A DNA stretch of 64,000 nucleotides, taken from contig OZ024747.1 in NCBI GenBank assembly GCA_964016885.1, forward strand, positions 49,600,001-49,664,000, given 5' to 3'. Of the stretch, positions 26,647-39,725 are shown piece after piece. The translations under genes were made by a program, and so were the position numbers. The notes beneath the pieces are model-generated. The model worked only from the letters and a program-made list of their open reading frames with translations, did no database searches and had not been told where the DNA came from. The DNA comes from Eledone cirrhosa (Eukaryota). The first letter of the stretch is position 1. Every line of letters starts with the position of its first letter.

Positions 26647-26903
26647 ACGATATATTAACAAATGGAAACTATATTTATAAAACCATATTTATTTCATTAT
26701 ACATATTTCATCATATTTCTATCCGGGAGCTTCCAACAGAAATGGTTGCATTCTTTAAGGGTATGTCAATATTTATTTATAAAACTGATCTATATTATAT
26801 TTTATCTGATGAAAGCACACCATAATTTAACTTGGTGTCCTTGAAATATGTATAATGAAATAAATATGGTTTTATAAATATAGTTTCCATTTGTTAATAT
26901 ATC

Positions 26904-26905
<2 letters not shown>
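26647..26905. repeat. Perfect 64-bp inverted repeat (26647-26710 / 26842-26905) overlapping a hammerhead motif
   Basis: ACGATATATTAACAAATGGAAAC...ACATATTTCA and its exact reverse complement. Confidence 0.92.
26801..26856 (+). ncRNA. Minimal type I hammerhead ribozyme motif
   Basis: CTGATGA at 26806; stem II AAGcACACCA/TGGTGTcCTT; GAAA at 26843; short stem III ATATGT; GUA triplet. Confidence 0.65.
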
Positions 26906-26937
<32 letters not shown>

Positions 26938-29900
26938 CATGCTAGAAATAATGGTTAAATGGAAGTGCTGCACTTCCTTCAAACTCAGAGGTGTAAGGGT
27001 TTGAATCCACACTTGAGCAGTACATCATCATATCACATTTTACACATATACATATCAATATGCTATAGCCAACCACTTTCTAGACACATTATATACTAAG
27101 CTTGTCTTTTTTTTCACATTTATCAACTATTTTGTTGATATATAGGCACAGGTGTGGCTGTATGACTGAAAAGTTTGTTTCACTATCACTTGGATTCAGT
27201 TTTTATCCCACTAATATAACCTTGGACTGATTAATGCCTTATGAATCTGGTTGATGGGAACTGTACAGAAACTTATTGTATACATATATGTGTGTATGGG
27301 TGTGTGTGTGTGTAATTGTGCATGCATGTGTAAATATCTGTACCTTTGTTTTTGAACATTTGACACCTTTTGTAGACAGTGACATTTGTTTGTCACATAG
27401 CTTATTGGTTCGATGTACAAATACCAATACCTTACTTAACCCTTTTCACACTAACCCACCCCAAACTACTTCAACTTTATGACAAACCTCTTGTTTTAAA
27501 CTATTCTTATTTAAATCAAAAATAATGTTATGGGAAGATACCTTTCCTATGCTATGTACTAAACTCCAACTTAATATTGTTAGTTATTTTCCTAAATTCC
27601 TTTAAATTGTTGATTATTTACAAAATTAATTAATTGAGAAATATATGTGGTGACAGGGTTAAAAAAGAAGGTTTGGCATTAGGAAAGACATCCAGCTATA
27701 GAATACTGCCTTTAAAAGGCTTCATCCAGTTTATGCTAGCATGGAAAGACAAAAGTAAAAAAATCATGATGATGATGATTAAGTTTTAAGATCCACTCTA
27801 TTTTCAATTCCACTAACTCAACTAAGTTTTCTGTAACTAAAGCTTCTCTCTCTCTCTCAGTGCATGTGTGTTAGAACTCTGTTGGTTTCAATTGCTCATG
27901 GAATAACACACAAGTGGTTAAGCATTCCACTAACATATATCCTTAACCCCTTAGTTATCGAACTGCCTGAAACTATATATTTATTAAAAAACAGACTTAT
28001 GTAAGGAATTTTGTTAAATTATGCTCTAAACAACCATTTATCTCTTTCAATAGCATATATATCCATATACATAATGAAATACACTGTATTTGAATTAATT
28101 AATAAGGAATTTGGAGGGATTTCCTAAAATTATTTCATTATTAGGATGGTATTGGCAATAAAATTTAACAAAAGGTTCTTATGTCAAATTATGTTAAAAG
28201 ATTTAAATTTAAATAGGAACTCTTTAACAAAAGGTTCTTATGTCAAATTATGTTAAAAGATTTAAATTTAAATAGGAACTCTTTAAAATTAGTTGTTTTG
28301 TTTCACAGAACCAGAGATGGTTTTGAGTGGGTTGGCTTCATTAGAGCTTTTTGTCATTTATTCTGATTCTCAGCACACTCGGTTCAAATCCTATCACAGT
28401 CAAATTTACCTTACATCTTTTCAGGGTCAATAAAGTAGCAGTCAGAATGTCAAACTTGCAGTTATATATTCCAGCTGTGTGTATTCTGAATTCAAATCCT
28501 GCCTCCAGGTGACATGATAGGAATTGAGTCCATAATCTTTAACTCATTTGCTACTATATTTCTAATGAAAGACACTGCCTATAATTTTTAAATAATTTTG
28601 CAAATAATCAAGAATCTGGAGGATTTAGTAATATACCTTTCTCAATATTAAACTGGTGTCTCAAATAAAATTACGATGACAGGGTTTTAGATAAACAAAC
28701 ACATATAAACCATATGTCAAGTTACTATCTTAGAAATGAAATAATTAAAGATTTTAGTAAATTCCTCAAAATTCTTCATTAACTGAAATAGAGTGTGTCT
28801 CATTAAAAAGTCATATATGATCAAAATAAATAAGATTCTATAAAGTAAGAAAACCACCACAAACACTACTAATTATATCAAATCTTTTCTCCCTGAATTT
28901 CAACAGATACAGAAAAGGACAGAAAAAACTTTATTCACAATACAATGAGAAGTACTGAAGGAAAGTAGAAATATATAACTGCAAGAAAAATTTGTGTAAT
29001 GAAATGAAAAAAAAAAAATGTTTTTAATTGATCTCAATTAGTCTTCATTTTGATGGTATGGTATGTTATGTTAATGATATTGAAAAATAAAATCAACCAT
29101 TTTCTTGTATGCAGTAGTAACTGATTATTACAGAAGATATTGTTTTATATCTTAAGGCATTCATTATGAAAGAAATATGTGTGTGTGTGTGTGTACACAT
29201 GTATACAGACACAGACATACACAAAAATATTTTACACACATATATTTATATCTGTACTTATACAATAGAGTAGAGTAAACCAAGACTGCATACATGTGTA
29301 TATAATACACTGTATATAAAGATATAAATTTATCATATGCTTTGGTAGTTTAGCGCACAATTTAATGTATGACTGCGTGTATGCACACACACATACAAAC
29401 ACAGTATAAAGCATATTAGGTGCATTTTATTATGGTATCAGTACTAGCTAGTTTGCCTTGAATCTTGCAAGACTAAAGAGTACTCACTACTAAACATTCA
29501 TTCAAGGTAATGTGGTTAAAGATGTGAAGGGAGTGAGAGTATGATGGGATAGACATTATCACAGTATTACTTCAAAAATAAATTTGTTGATACCCAAATG
29601 TTTTTAACTTTTTGATACCAACCCAGAAATAAGTGGGAAGAGGAGGAGAAGGAAGAGAACCATTAAGTTATGCTCCAAACAGCAGCTTTATATTACTTAA
29701 ATCTTTTGAAATTCTTATTTTCAAAATGATTTGAAGATCATAAGCAATATAGAGATTTGGAAATGAAAGACTTAACCCTTTCAATACCAACCCGCTTGAA
29801 ATCTCCTTGGGTACTGTGATAAAACAGCCCATTTTAAAGAATTTGTCATGTTTTTAGCACCAACTTAACGAAAAAGTTGTTTTATTAAAACATTTGATGT

Positions 29901-30744
29901 ATTTCATAAGAAATATGGTCATGAAAGTGTTAGAGTCTGCCTTCTTCTAGCTACAATTATAAGAAATGAAGAAGAGCATGTTAAAAATAAAGGTTAGCCA
30001 ATCCCAGACCAAAGCAACAATGCCAAGTATATATATATATATTGTGGATTTTAGGTACAGTCAGTCAGTCAGTCAATAAGAATGTTGGCGTTGTTTCAGT
30101 AATGTGAGTAATATAACCATAATGACAATATGGCACTCAACATGGTATTTCTGAACAAACTATTCCCTAAGAGAAACATTCTAGTTTTTGACCTACAAAA
30201 AAAAAAAAGTGGTATTCTGAAATGATCTTAAAACTAAAGAATAATTCCTCATTGGGAAGAGTACTTTGTAGTAGCAATTTTGAGAGTTGGTGCTACAATA
30301 AAATGCACCAAGTACACTGTAGAGGTAGTGCTGGTGCTACAATATGTTGTCAGTACTATCTATAGTGAACTTGTACTACAGTAATATGTATTCAGCACTT
30401 TCTTTAAAGTGATAATGCTAATGCCACAATAAAAAAAACAACTCAGTACACTTTGTAAAGTGATTGTACTGGTGCCCAAATAAAATTCAGTCAGTACACT
30501 TTAAAGTGGTTGAGATTAGGAAGAGCATCCAGCAAAACTTAGTCCGAGCAAGACGTGGTTCCACCGACTCATCTCAGACCATGATAACCTGTCCAACCCA
30601 TACCAACATAGAAAATGGACATAAAATGATGATGATAAAGAGGGAGTCTAGTCCAGTGAACTGGCCATAGAATATTTGCTAGAAATTATCATGTAGAAAG
30701 GAAGGAGGCAGAAGGTAACATTCCTTCTAATTTTACCTAATTAA

Positions 30745-30966
30745 TCAGCAGAACATTTGATGCTTTGAGTGAGAATATTTGGTTACACTGCATGGCAACA
30801 TTTGTGTGGCACCAACATGGTGACTATGTGGCACTACTCAGCAGAACATTTGATGCTTTGAGTGAGAATATTTGGTTACACTGCATGGCAACATTTGTGT
30901 GGCACCAACATGGTGACTATGTGGCACTACTCAGCAGAACATTTGATGCTTTGAGTGAGAATATTT
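30745..30966. repeat. 93-bp tandem repeat, 2.4 identical copies
   Basis: TCAGCAGAACATTTGATGC... starts at 30745, 30838 and 30931. Confidence 0.95.
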
Positions 30967-31182
30967 AGCTACACTACAACATTTTGATGTGTGTGACTAC
31001 ACACCTTAGAGGGAACATTGATTACAGGTAAAGTTGATTATACCAAAAGTCAAAGCCTGACAGATAGAATGAACCACCATTTTTTAACATTTTAACAAGT
31101 CATTGCTTTTGTATCATAAAAACTATAAATTATTTGAAATAAGATGTAATAGTCCTAGACATATTAAACAAATGAGAATATG

Positions 31183-31300
31183 TAAATAGCAAATTTATTA
31201 CATAAAAGCAATGTCTAGAAAATGTGTGCGTATGCATATATATATATGCATACGCACACATTTTCTAGACATTGCTTTTATGTAATAAATTTGCTATTTA
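31183..31300. repeat. Perfect 118-bp palindrome centred on (AT)6
   Basis: TAAATAGCAAATTTATTAC...GCGTATGC ATATATATATAT GCATACGC...GTAATAAATTTGCTATTTA, with no spacer. Confidence 0.95.
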
Positions 31301-31672
31301 TATATCAAAGAGAAACAAGAATATTTTGTTTGAGTAGAAAGCTATAATAAATATCTTCTTTACAGATTAACCACATCTAATATGCATCAACTTCTGATTT
31401 AAACTCGTCTTTTTAGTTCAGAGAGAGGAATTGGTATGATACCTAGATGATCAAATATAAATAAATAATAAATAAACACAACAAAAGCTGCAGTAGCAGC
31501 AGATTGTTGTTTGAAAAATATTAGAAATTTGATATTTGAAAGTAGTGAGCCACAACTGTAGAAACTAATCATAATTGTTTCTACTTTTGGCACAAGGCCA
31601 GTAATTACCCAGTACATTACTGGTACTTTATTTTATCGACCCCGTAAGGATGAAAGGCAAAGTTAACCTCGA

Positions 31673-32211
31673 GGGAGGAGTGCGAGACTGTGCCTGAATA
31701 TATTTCTTTTATCCCGTTAGTAAAATATGTTGGATTACTTTGAATAAATAATGAATTAATATTACATAATTTATGTACTAAATTCCATTGCTGTTGATTA
31801 AACATAAATATTCTTATATGTAATGGTTGCTTATTTTAAGATTCACTTCTTTCAAAATGTTCAAATGTCAATATTTCCGGTTATGATATAACAGTCACTA
31901 TATCATATCGCTTATATAAATGTCCATATATTTGCATTGTTATATGATAACATTTATATTTCCGTTGCTAATTTCCTCCTTTTTCCTTTTCATTACATTT
32001 CACCGTAACAGTTTATATATAATATCATCTTTTTTAAATGTACCATGGATTACTTTACTGATTACAGAAGACTGTAATTTCTGTGCATATTGTCAATTAT
32101 GATTTTATTTGACGTATCATATCTACATGCATATATATATTTGCGTATAATATCAATATGCACACTACACATGCTAGCAGAATACCATCCAAAGGGTGGT
32201 TTTTCTGCTAG
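31673..32211 (+). mobile_element. Non-autonomous Helitron (5' end abuts a SINE)
   Basis: 3' hairpin ACCATCC-aaa-GGGTGGT followed by CTAG|T. Homologous to 33139-33598 in inverted orientation. Confidence 0.75.
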
Positions 32212-33138
32212 TATAAAGTAATAGAGGAACAGTATTTCTTGTCAGTGAAAGAAATGACTTGATAATCAGACCTATTTATAAACACTCTTCTTTTTTATTT
32301 ATTTATTGTTTAAGTCAGAGGACAGAGTAAAGATAAGTAGTTCTTTGAATTAGAGCAAGCCACAAGAAAGATATAATTGACATGGGCTTGCTATGTGGTT
32401 CAGGTTAAAATACTCCAAACATCCTGTACCACATAAAACCACATTAGCAAGTCATTCTTGAAATGGACAAAACAGCATTAAAAAATAAAATTAAGTCTAC
32501 TCTAATAATGCAATTTTCACAACAATCTGTCCACTAGTAAAGATACTATAAACATTTAGTATGAAACAGCATTATGACTACATCATTAAAAACAATTTTT
32601 CACTAAAGGTACTTTAAACATTGTTTTTAGATCATCAGGTTGTCACACCAGGTTTGATGATGCAAAAATTTGTATTTGTATCTAAAAACATACTACCATA
32701 ATTTTATGTAAGAATCTTTGATAAGTTATGCCCCAAACACCAGTTTAATGAGAAAATTAGTTTGATTATTAAATTGCCTCGAAGTTCTCTATTTTCAAAA
32801 TGATTTCAAAATTCTAGTTAGTGTCTTTCATTAGAAATATGGTAATGAAAGGGTTAATACAACTATGGTTACTTCACATTTCTTAACAGTAAACTGCCAT
32901 GTTTATTTAAATAAGCCTGTAATATACAGTAATTGCTGTTCAACCCAGTGTAAAATAACTCATTCAACTCTTGTGTCTAGAATACACATTTTTTTAATAT
33001 CCATTTGAATTTGTGTTTTTCAATTTAAAAAAAAAATCATTAAAACCTTTTGTTACCATTTTTTTTAAAAATAAAAGACACTGGATATTAAAAAAAAGTG
33101 TGTTGTTTCAGACAAGAGTTCAAAAGAGTGATTTTGTA

Positions 33139-33598
33139 TTGGCTTCAACCACCTACGGGTGGTTTTCTGCTAGCATGTGTAGTGTGTATATTGATATTAT
33201 ACACAAATATAAATGCATGTAAATATGATACGTCAAATAAAATTGTAATTGACAATATACACAGAAATTGAATAAAGCCTATGTTACACTGTCTTCTGTA
33301 ATCAGTAATCCATGATATATTAAAAAAAAGACGACATTATATATAAACTGCATTAGGAGAAAATTAGTGGCGGAAATATATGCGAGTATAAGTGTTATAA
33401 TATAACGGCCGCTAACCGGAAGTGAATTTTAAAGATTAAGCTATAAAATATATTTAATCAACAGCCACGAAATTTAGCACTAAAATTATGTAATATTCAT
33501 TCATTATTTATTCAAAGTAATCCAACTTATTTTACAAACGGGGTAAAAAAATATATTCTGGACGCAATCCCACAGACCTTCCTTTATTATAGTTAAGA
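33139..33598 (-). mobile_element. Non-autonomous Helitron, same family
   Basis: 5' end A|TCTTAACTATAATAAAGG; 3' hairpin ACCACC-cgta-GGTGGT with a degenerate CTRR. Confidence 0.7.
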
Positions 33599-33687
33599 TT
33601 TACAAATGCTTTCACCTACATCAAATAATTTTTGAAAATAATCAAGAATTTGAAGGATTTTAATAATATAACTAACTTACCCATTTA

Positions 33688-33866
33688 ATAATTGTTTCTA
33701 CTTTTGGCACAAGGCCAGCAATTAACCAGTGTATTACTGGTACTTTATTTTATCGATCCCGTAAGGATGAAAGGCAAAGTTAACCTCGGCGGGATTTGAA
33801 CTCAGAATGGCAAGGGCTGTAACTCATGGCGTCCGACCCTCTACCGATACTGCCAATCCACCGCCC
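33688..33866 (-). mobile_element. Full-length tRNA-derived SINE with target-site duplication
   Basis: Starts GGCGGTGGATTGGCAGTATCGGTAGAG on the minus strand; B box present; ATTTAATAAT duplicated on both sides. Confidence 0.85.
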
Positions 33867-34092
33867 ATTTAATAATGGTGTGAGGAACATATCAAGGGTT
33901 CTTATATAAAATCATGTTGGAAGGTTTTAGACAATCAAACATTTTCAAACCAACTGGTATGTATCAAAGGGGAGTGGTTTCAGCTAGCTTTCCACAGTTG
34001 GTTGCTGCTCCTGATGCCAATAAACAATAAGTTGCAGAACTTCTGTTTACTCAGGACATAGAATGAAGAGAAGACAGATACAAATACACATG

Positions 34093-34134
<42 letters not shown>

Positions 34135-35071
34135 TTGTAACGTGCAGTTACTTTAGGTTCACCAGAGAGAGCACTTGATGCGTAGTTTCCAGTAGATATA
34201 GAGGTGTAGTACCAAGCAGAGTGTAATAATAATATATAATATATACACACATACACATAATATATATATATATATATACTTGTGAATAGGCCACATTTCT
34301 ACTTTACATGCAACATTTACAATGTACCATATATTTTGAATTGAAGTTTTCTATATCCAGTATGTTATATGTTGGTTTTACATGTATTTTCATGGGAAAA
34401 TTTGTGATGTACATACAATGTGTTTGTACATATGATGGGCTTTATACTGATTCCATCAACAAAATTTTCATCCAAGGTACTGGTCAGCCTGAGGCTATAG
34501 TAGAAGACATTTGCCAAAGTGCTATGCATTGAGCTAGAAACCGAGATCACATGGTTGTGAAGCAATCAACAGAAATAATGCTAAACATTGATGACTACAT
34601 AATCCCATGAAGGATACAACTGTTACAATCAACCTGTATTCTTTCCTACTTCAATAATTGATGTCTACAACATTGTTCATACTATTCATCAGATTTAGTC
34701 AGTTGCGAAAAAATCTTTTTAAATAAAAAAAAAATTTTTTTTTCATTTATATTCTGTATATTATATTGTTAGTGATGTGTTTTTGTCAATAATCATTTCC
34801 TATTTGTATTGTTCCCAACACAGTATAGTTCATTTGACTAGTGTTTGTCTACTGAAGTGGAACAGCAAAGGTCTACTGAAGTGGAACAGCAAAGGAAAGA
34901 TGCACTTGACTGCTCAAGGTTTAAACATATGAAGAGAGAGATATTCACACACACAAATACATTTTATCTCTACTATGGTATTGAGTACTCATTCCCACAA
35001 CCATCAATACCTATGAGTGTATGTATATATAACATAGGTTATATATACATAATATACAGTTATATATATTA

Positions 35072-35255
35072 TAATTGTTTCTACTTTAGGCACAAGGCCA
35101 GCAATTACCCAGTGCATTACTGGTAGTTTATTTTATCGACCCCGTAAGGATGAAAAGTCAACCTCGGCGGGATTTGAACTCAGATCGTAAAGGGACGTAA
35201 CTATGCTGGAAAGCATGGCGTCCGACCCTCTACCGATACTGCCAATCCACCGCCC
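35072..35255 (-). mobile_element. Full-length tRNA-derived SINE with 15-bp TSD
   Basis: TATACAGTTATATAT at 35053-35067 and 35256-35270. Confidence 0.9.
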
Positions 35256-35286
35256 TATACAGTTATATATACATAATATACAGTGG

Positions 35287-35363
35287 AGAGATGCTGTGCT
35301 GAATAAGACCTGTCCTACCCTTGCAAGCAGGGAAAAGCGGACGTAAAATGATGATGATGATGA
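35287..35363 (+). mobile_element. Extremely 5'-truncated RTE family B end
   Basis: GAGATGCTGTGCTGAATAAGACC...GCAAGCAGGGAAAAGCGGACGTAAAATGATGATG matches the reverse complement of 45200-45280. Confidence 0.85.
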
Positions 35364-36879
35364 TATTCAGTAAAACTGGAGTAGCATTGAGTGCTTATGT
35401 TTGTGCCACTTCAATGTATTAAGTCAGGAAGGGAAAAGCCAGTGTCCATGATTCTTTTGAGAGTCTCCAAGACTATAGGAGAAGAAGCTAATCTTTAGAC
35501 CAGAGATCTTGCTAAAATGCTTACAACAGAGTAGATGGACTTTGCTAAAAGCACCTAAGGACGAAATGGTGGTGTTAAACCAAGCAATAGATTAAATCTA
35601 CCACCCAAGTAAGTCACAGTAGGATTTCAACTCAGAACAAATACCTGCAAGGTATCCATTCTGACATTCCCAAGATTCTGCCAATTTACTGCACTGGGTT
35701 GCTCAGAACACAAGTAGCTGGAATAAATCGCAGAGAGTATTTCACCTGACACTTTAACACTACTGCCAATTCACTGCCACAGGAAAAAATGGTGAGATGA
35801 GATCTCACAATACTGGACCCCACAAACAGTAATATGTTATACATCATGCTCATACAACCCATGTCAGCATATATATATATATACCCATAACTCCAGGGAG
35901 TTATAGAGCCGTTGTAGTGACATATGGCATTTGAGTCCATTCTTCCCCAATATAAAAGGAGAAATAGAGGAAGTGAAAAAGAGAGATCAAAGAATTTACT
36001 TCTTTTTTTTTTTATTCGAAAGGATCTGAACTGCATAGAAAACCAAAGCCATATTTTGGCTTCGTTTCTACAGTTTGATGCCCTTCCTAACACCAACCAC
36101 TTTACAGAGTGCTTTACTACTACTACTACTAATAATAATAATAATGGTTTCTGATTTAGGCACAACACAAACAATTTTGGGATAAAGTCAATTAAATCAA
36201 CCCCAGTATGGTACTGACTGGTACTTTATTTTATCAACCCCATAAGGATGAAAGACAAAGTTAACCACAACAAGATCATAATAAATGAGATGTGAAAAGT
36301 AATATAACGTTTTGAATGTTTTAAAAAGTTTCTTCAGTAACTATTTAAACATTTACACAAAACCTATTAATTTATTTCTATCCACACACTAACATAAATA
36401 AGATATGAATATATTTTGTTAATTGAACTGGAAATAAACTCTTGCATGAAACTGTTCCCCATTCAATAGCCATGATGCACATTTTCTGAATCTATGCTAT
36501 CTCTATTTCGTTAGTAGAAGTATACCACTGAGAATCTCTTGGCATTACATTATCAAATACACTAGATGTGCAACAATGTGTATGAACAAACCATGTTGAA
36601 AAAAAACTGGGTACAAGAGGAGACAGAGTGTGCAAGAGAGATATTTCGATGTGCATGAACATATGTGGTATTTATATTTCTAGATCCAAGTAGAAGGAAA
36701 CCACAGAAGTAATAAGACCAAAGATGTGATCAGAAGGAGTGAAAGCTGATGTTGAGATACTGAACCTGAGAGAGGAGATGACCATGACATACAGTGACAC
36801 TTTCTCCAGCAACAACTTGGTGAATTGGGTAACAAACAGGTTTCATTGCTAAACAAGCTGAAGATTGCAAGTTGTTTAA

Positions 36880-37947
36880 CCCTTTAGCATCCGCATTAAT
36901 TTTCAAACGCCATGCTTATCTGTTCGCACTATTTTGAGTTAATCATACTCAAGAGGGTTATCAATTTTATTTGTTTGTAATTTTCTTAATTTTCTATGTG
37001 CAGGCTTGAAATTTTGTCAGTAGATGTTTAAATATCAATAATTTACAATTATATGATTTTACTTGATCTTTTTGGTCAAATTTGACTTTTATGGGCAGGT
37101 GAAATTAATTAATAGGGGCATTTGAAGTATCAACCAAGTGCAAATACTGGTTTAATTTTAAATACGTTGTTTTCGGCATAATACTTGTTATATAAGGATC
37201 ACTAAACCATATATCAGTGTTCCAGTAATTCCACAGTCTTGGAAATTGTTTTATACCGAACATAATATTTACGGTAAAAAATGCTTGCATTTCCGCAGCA
37301 TCTGTCAGCCACCAAACAGATCGAGTTTTCCTCAATTTGAAATCTGTTGTTGGGCATATCGATTAATCTCTTTTGCCACAACTTCGAAGAAAGTTTGAGG
37401 TAAAAACAAAAAGAAATAATCCAGTGCTTTAGCATCGGGAGCTAATGTGTGCTGTGAACCAGTATTTTGAATAAAATCGACAACATATATTAGTGTGGTA
37501 TTTTTCAACCACGTTGCTGTAATATTTTCAATGGCGCCCTGGAGATCTTCGTTTTCACTTTCAAAACAATCGTCGGATGAAATTTCAGAAATATAAACAT
37601 CAAATTCATTTGAAGATAAATCCCTAATATTATTGTTTGTTTCGTGTTTATTCTGAATGCCGTCGTGTGTAAAACCTTCAAAGTCGGTATCGCTACTTTC
37701 ATAAGCCATGTTGATACAAAAAAAAAATTTGTTGTACTTTCAAAGTTAAAAAAACACTTGTTTTAATTTGTTTCACTATATTAAGTGTTAATTTTTGCAG
37801 TAAGGGCATAATCTCGCAGTAATCTTGAATTGACGAGATTTTGATGATGGTTTGTTTATTTTTAGAACGATTTTTTAGTGTGGGTGTTATCGGGCGGTTT
37901 GAACAAATGAAGGGGAAATAATTTTGGCCGGTTTGAACACTAAAGGG
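36880..37947 (-). mobile_element. Internally deleted piggyBac transposon
   Basis: TTAA TSDs at 36876 and 37948; CCCTTTAG TIRs. Frameshifted transposase N-terminus 37709-37105: acidic MAYESSDTDFEGF, LDYFFLFL..VAKEINRYAQQ, EMQAFF..GIKQFPRLWNYW..IMP..LHLVD. Confidence 0.9.
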
Positions 37948-38200
37948 TTAAGTAACGGAGGTTTCTGATAGGTTTGTCACTGAACCTATAACATTGACAC
38001 TTCTGGTATTCCTGAACCACCCCTCTACTTGCTGCAGTCAGGATAGAGTTGCTGGAGTCAGCCCTACATGTTGGAATGGTTATTTCAAAATGTCTCCCTT
38101 GTTATTTCCCAGGGTAACACTTTATATATTCTGTCCGGTGGAGTTCTGCACATTGGAGAGCATTCTCCCACATTGCTCTGGTAGTGATGGCCTGTGCGCT

Positions 38201-38231
<31 letters not shown>

Positions 38232-38328
38232 AATTCGAAGTTTGAAAGCCACAACAGTGTGAACTGGACGGAAAATAATCAAGTTGTAAGAAACAAGGGG
38301 TATTTTTTTACCTTAATTTATTCATATG

Positions 38329-38367
38329 TCCTGATATTTCGAGATTAATATCTCTTCTTCAGAGAAA
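38329..38367 (-). ncRNA. Minimal type I hammerhead ribozyme motif
   Basis: Minus strand reads TTCT-CTGAAGA-A-GAGAT(atta)ATCTC-GAAATATC-AGGA: stems I and II close, stem III is the palindrome ATAT, AUC triplet. Confidence 0.55.
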
Positions 38368-39694
38368 TATAAAGGAACTATTCCAGTATCCAATTTGGCT
38401 TGCTGTACTATGCTGGCCGGAAGCAGAATGGATGCAGTAAAAACCCGTTAGATCATTACTCATCAGAGTACTCGATACTTCGGGTAGTACAGTGGGAAAT
38501 ATGAAAAATTTGGGACCCCGATAGTTGACCTCCTGCTTTTTCAACAGCTAGATCCGATTCGCTGCTGAAACGGCAGGAGCACAGCCGTCGGGGTCCCAAA
38601 TTTTTCATATATATATATATATATCCATTCATACACGACACTGTTTTAGAAAAGAGCCATGCAGCCCATGCAAACACAGAGACAATGAGGATAACTTGAT
38701 CAATACATCAAATGTCAAAAACAATTAAAACTGAAAGAAAAAGATTGTAAATCTGATCCTACATCTATATTTTTTTCATCTTTGAAAAGTTAACAAGTAG
38801 ATTAAAGAAACCTCGTAGAATTATTTTTCTGAAGGAAATTTAATTTCTTTAACGATTCCTTTCAAAATTGATTCATTATCTTAAATGTCTAATTAGAAAA
38901 ATTCTTGCGACAGTTCAAATGTTTCTATCTGACAGACTGACTCAAGTCCAATTCTAAAAATAAAGCTGTTAACATCAACTGGAAGATTCTGATAAATAAT
39001 TCAGTACAATCATAACACAATTTTAGAAATATTTTATAAAACCAATTACAATTAGGAAATTGGTGGAAAAAATAATGAAATAAATTCATTTTATTCTTGA
39101 CTGAAATCTTGTGGATACTTTTTCTTTTAAAGAAAGATATGGGTAGGTAGGAATTTCAGAAGGTGGGAGTTCGGGAGAAGAATAATTAGTAAGCATTAAA
39201 CATTCATATGTATATATAAATATATATACATACATATACATCATCATCACCGTTTAACATAAATTTTCCACATTGGCATGGATTAGACGAGTTATCCTAT
39301 AGTGAGCAATGCTAGGTCAGGTGTCCATGTCATGCTCATACAGAACTGATTCTGGCTTGATTTTTACAGCTGGATGCCCTTCCTAGCGCCACCCTCATTT
39401 ACATTGAGTATTGGGTACTTTTTGTTGTGATGCCTACACGACCACTTTACAGTGTGGGCTGGGTGCTTTTGCCAAACATGTCTTACATACATACATATAT
39501 ATTGTGAAGGTGTGTGGCTGAGTGGTTAGAGAATTGGATTTGCAAGCGTGAGGTTGTGAGTTCGATACCTGGACCTTGAGCGACACACTTTATTTCACAT
39601 TGCTCCTACCTGGAGTTGAGACCGAGAGATAGCATTAGCAATTGGAAAGACCAATGGAAACATTGTTTCCTTGTTCCGATTTGATCAACTGTCA

Positions 39695-39725
<31 letters not shown>

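Noticed and set aside
30765-30968. Repeat protein MSENIWLHC...
   Set aside because: A product of the 93-bp (multiple of 3) tandem duplication; no splice or homology support.
38430-38470. Minus-strand CTGATGA-GTAA...TTAC as a hammerhead or SECIS
   Set aside because: The stem is followed by TGCA rather than GAAA, and there is no convincing SECIS quartet.
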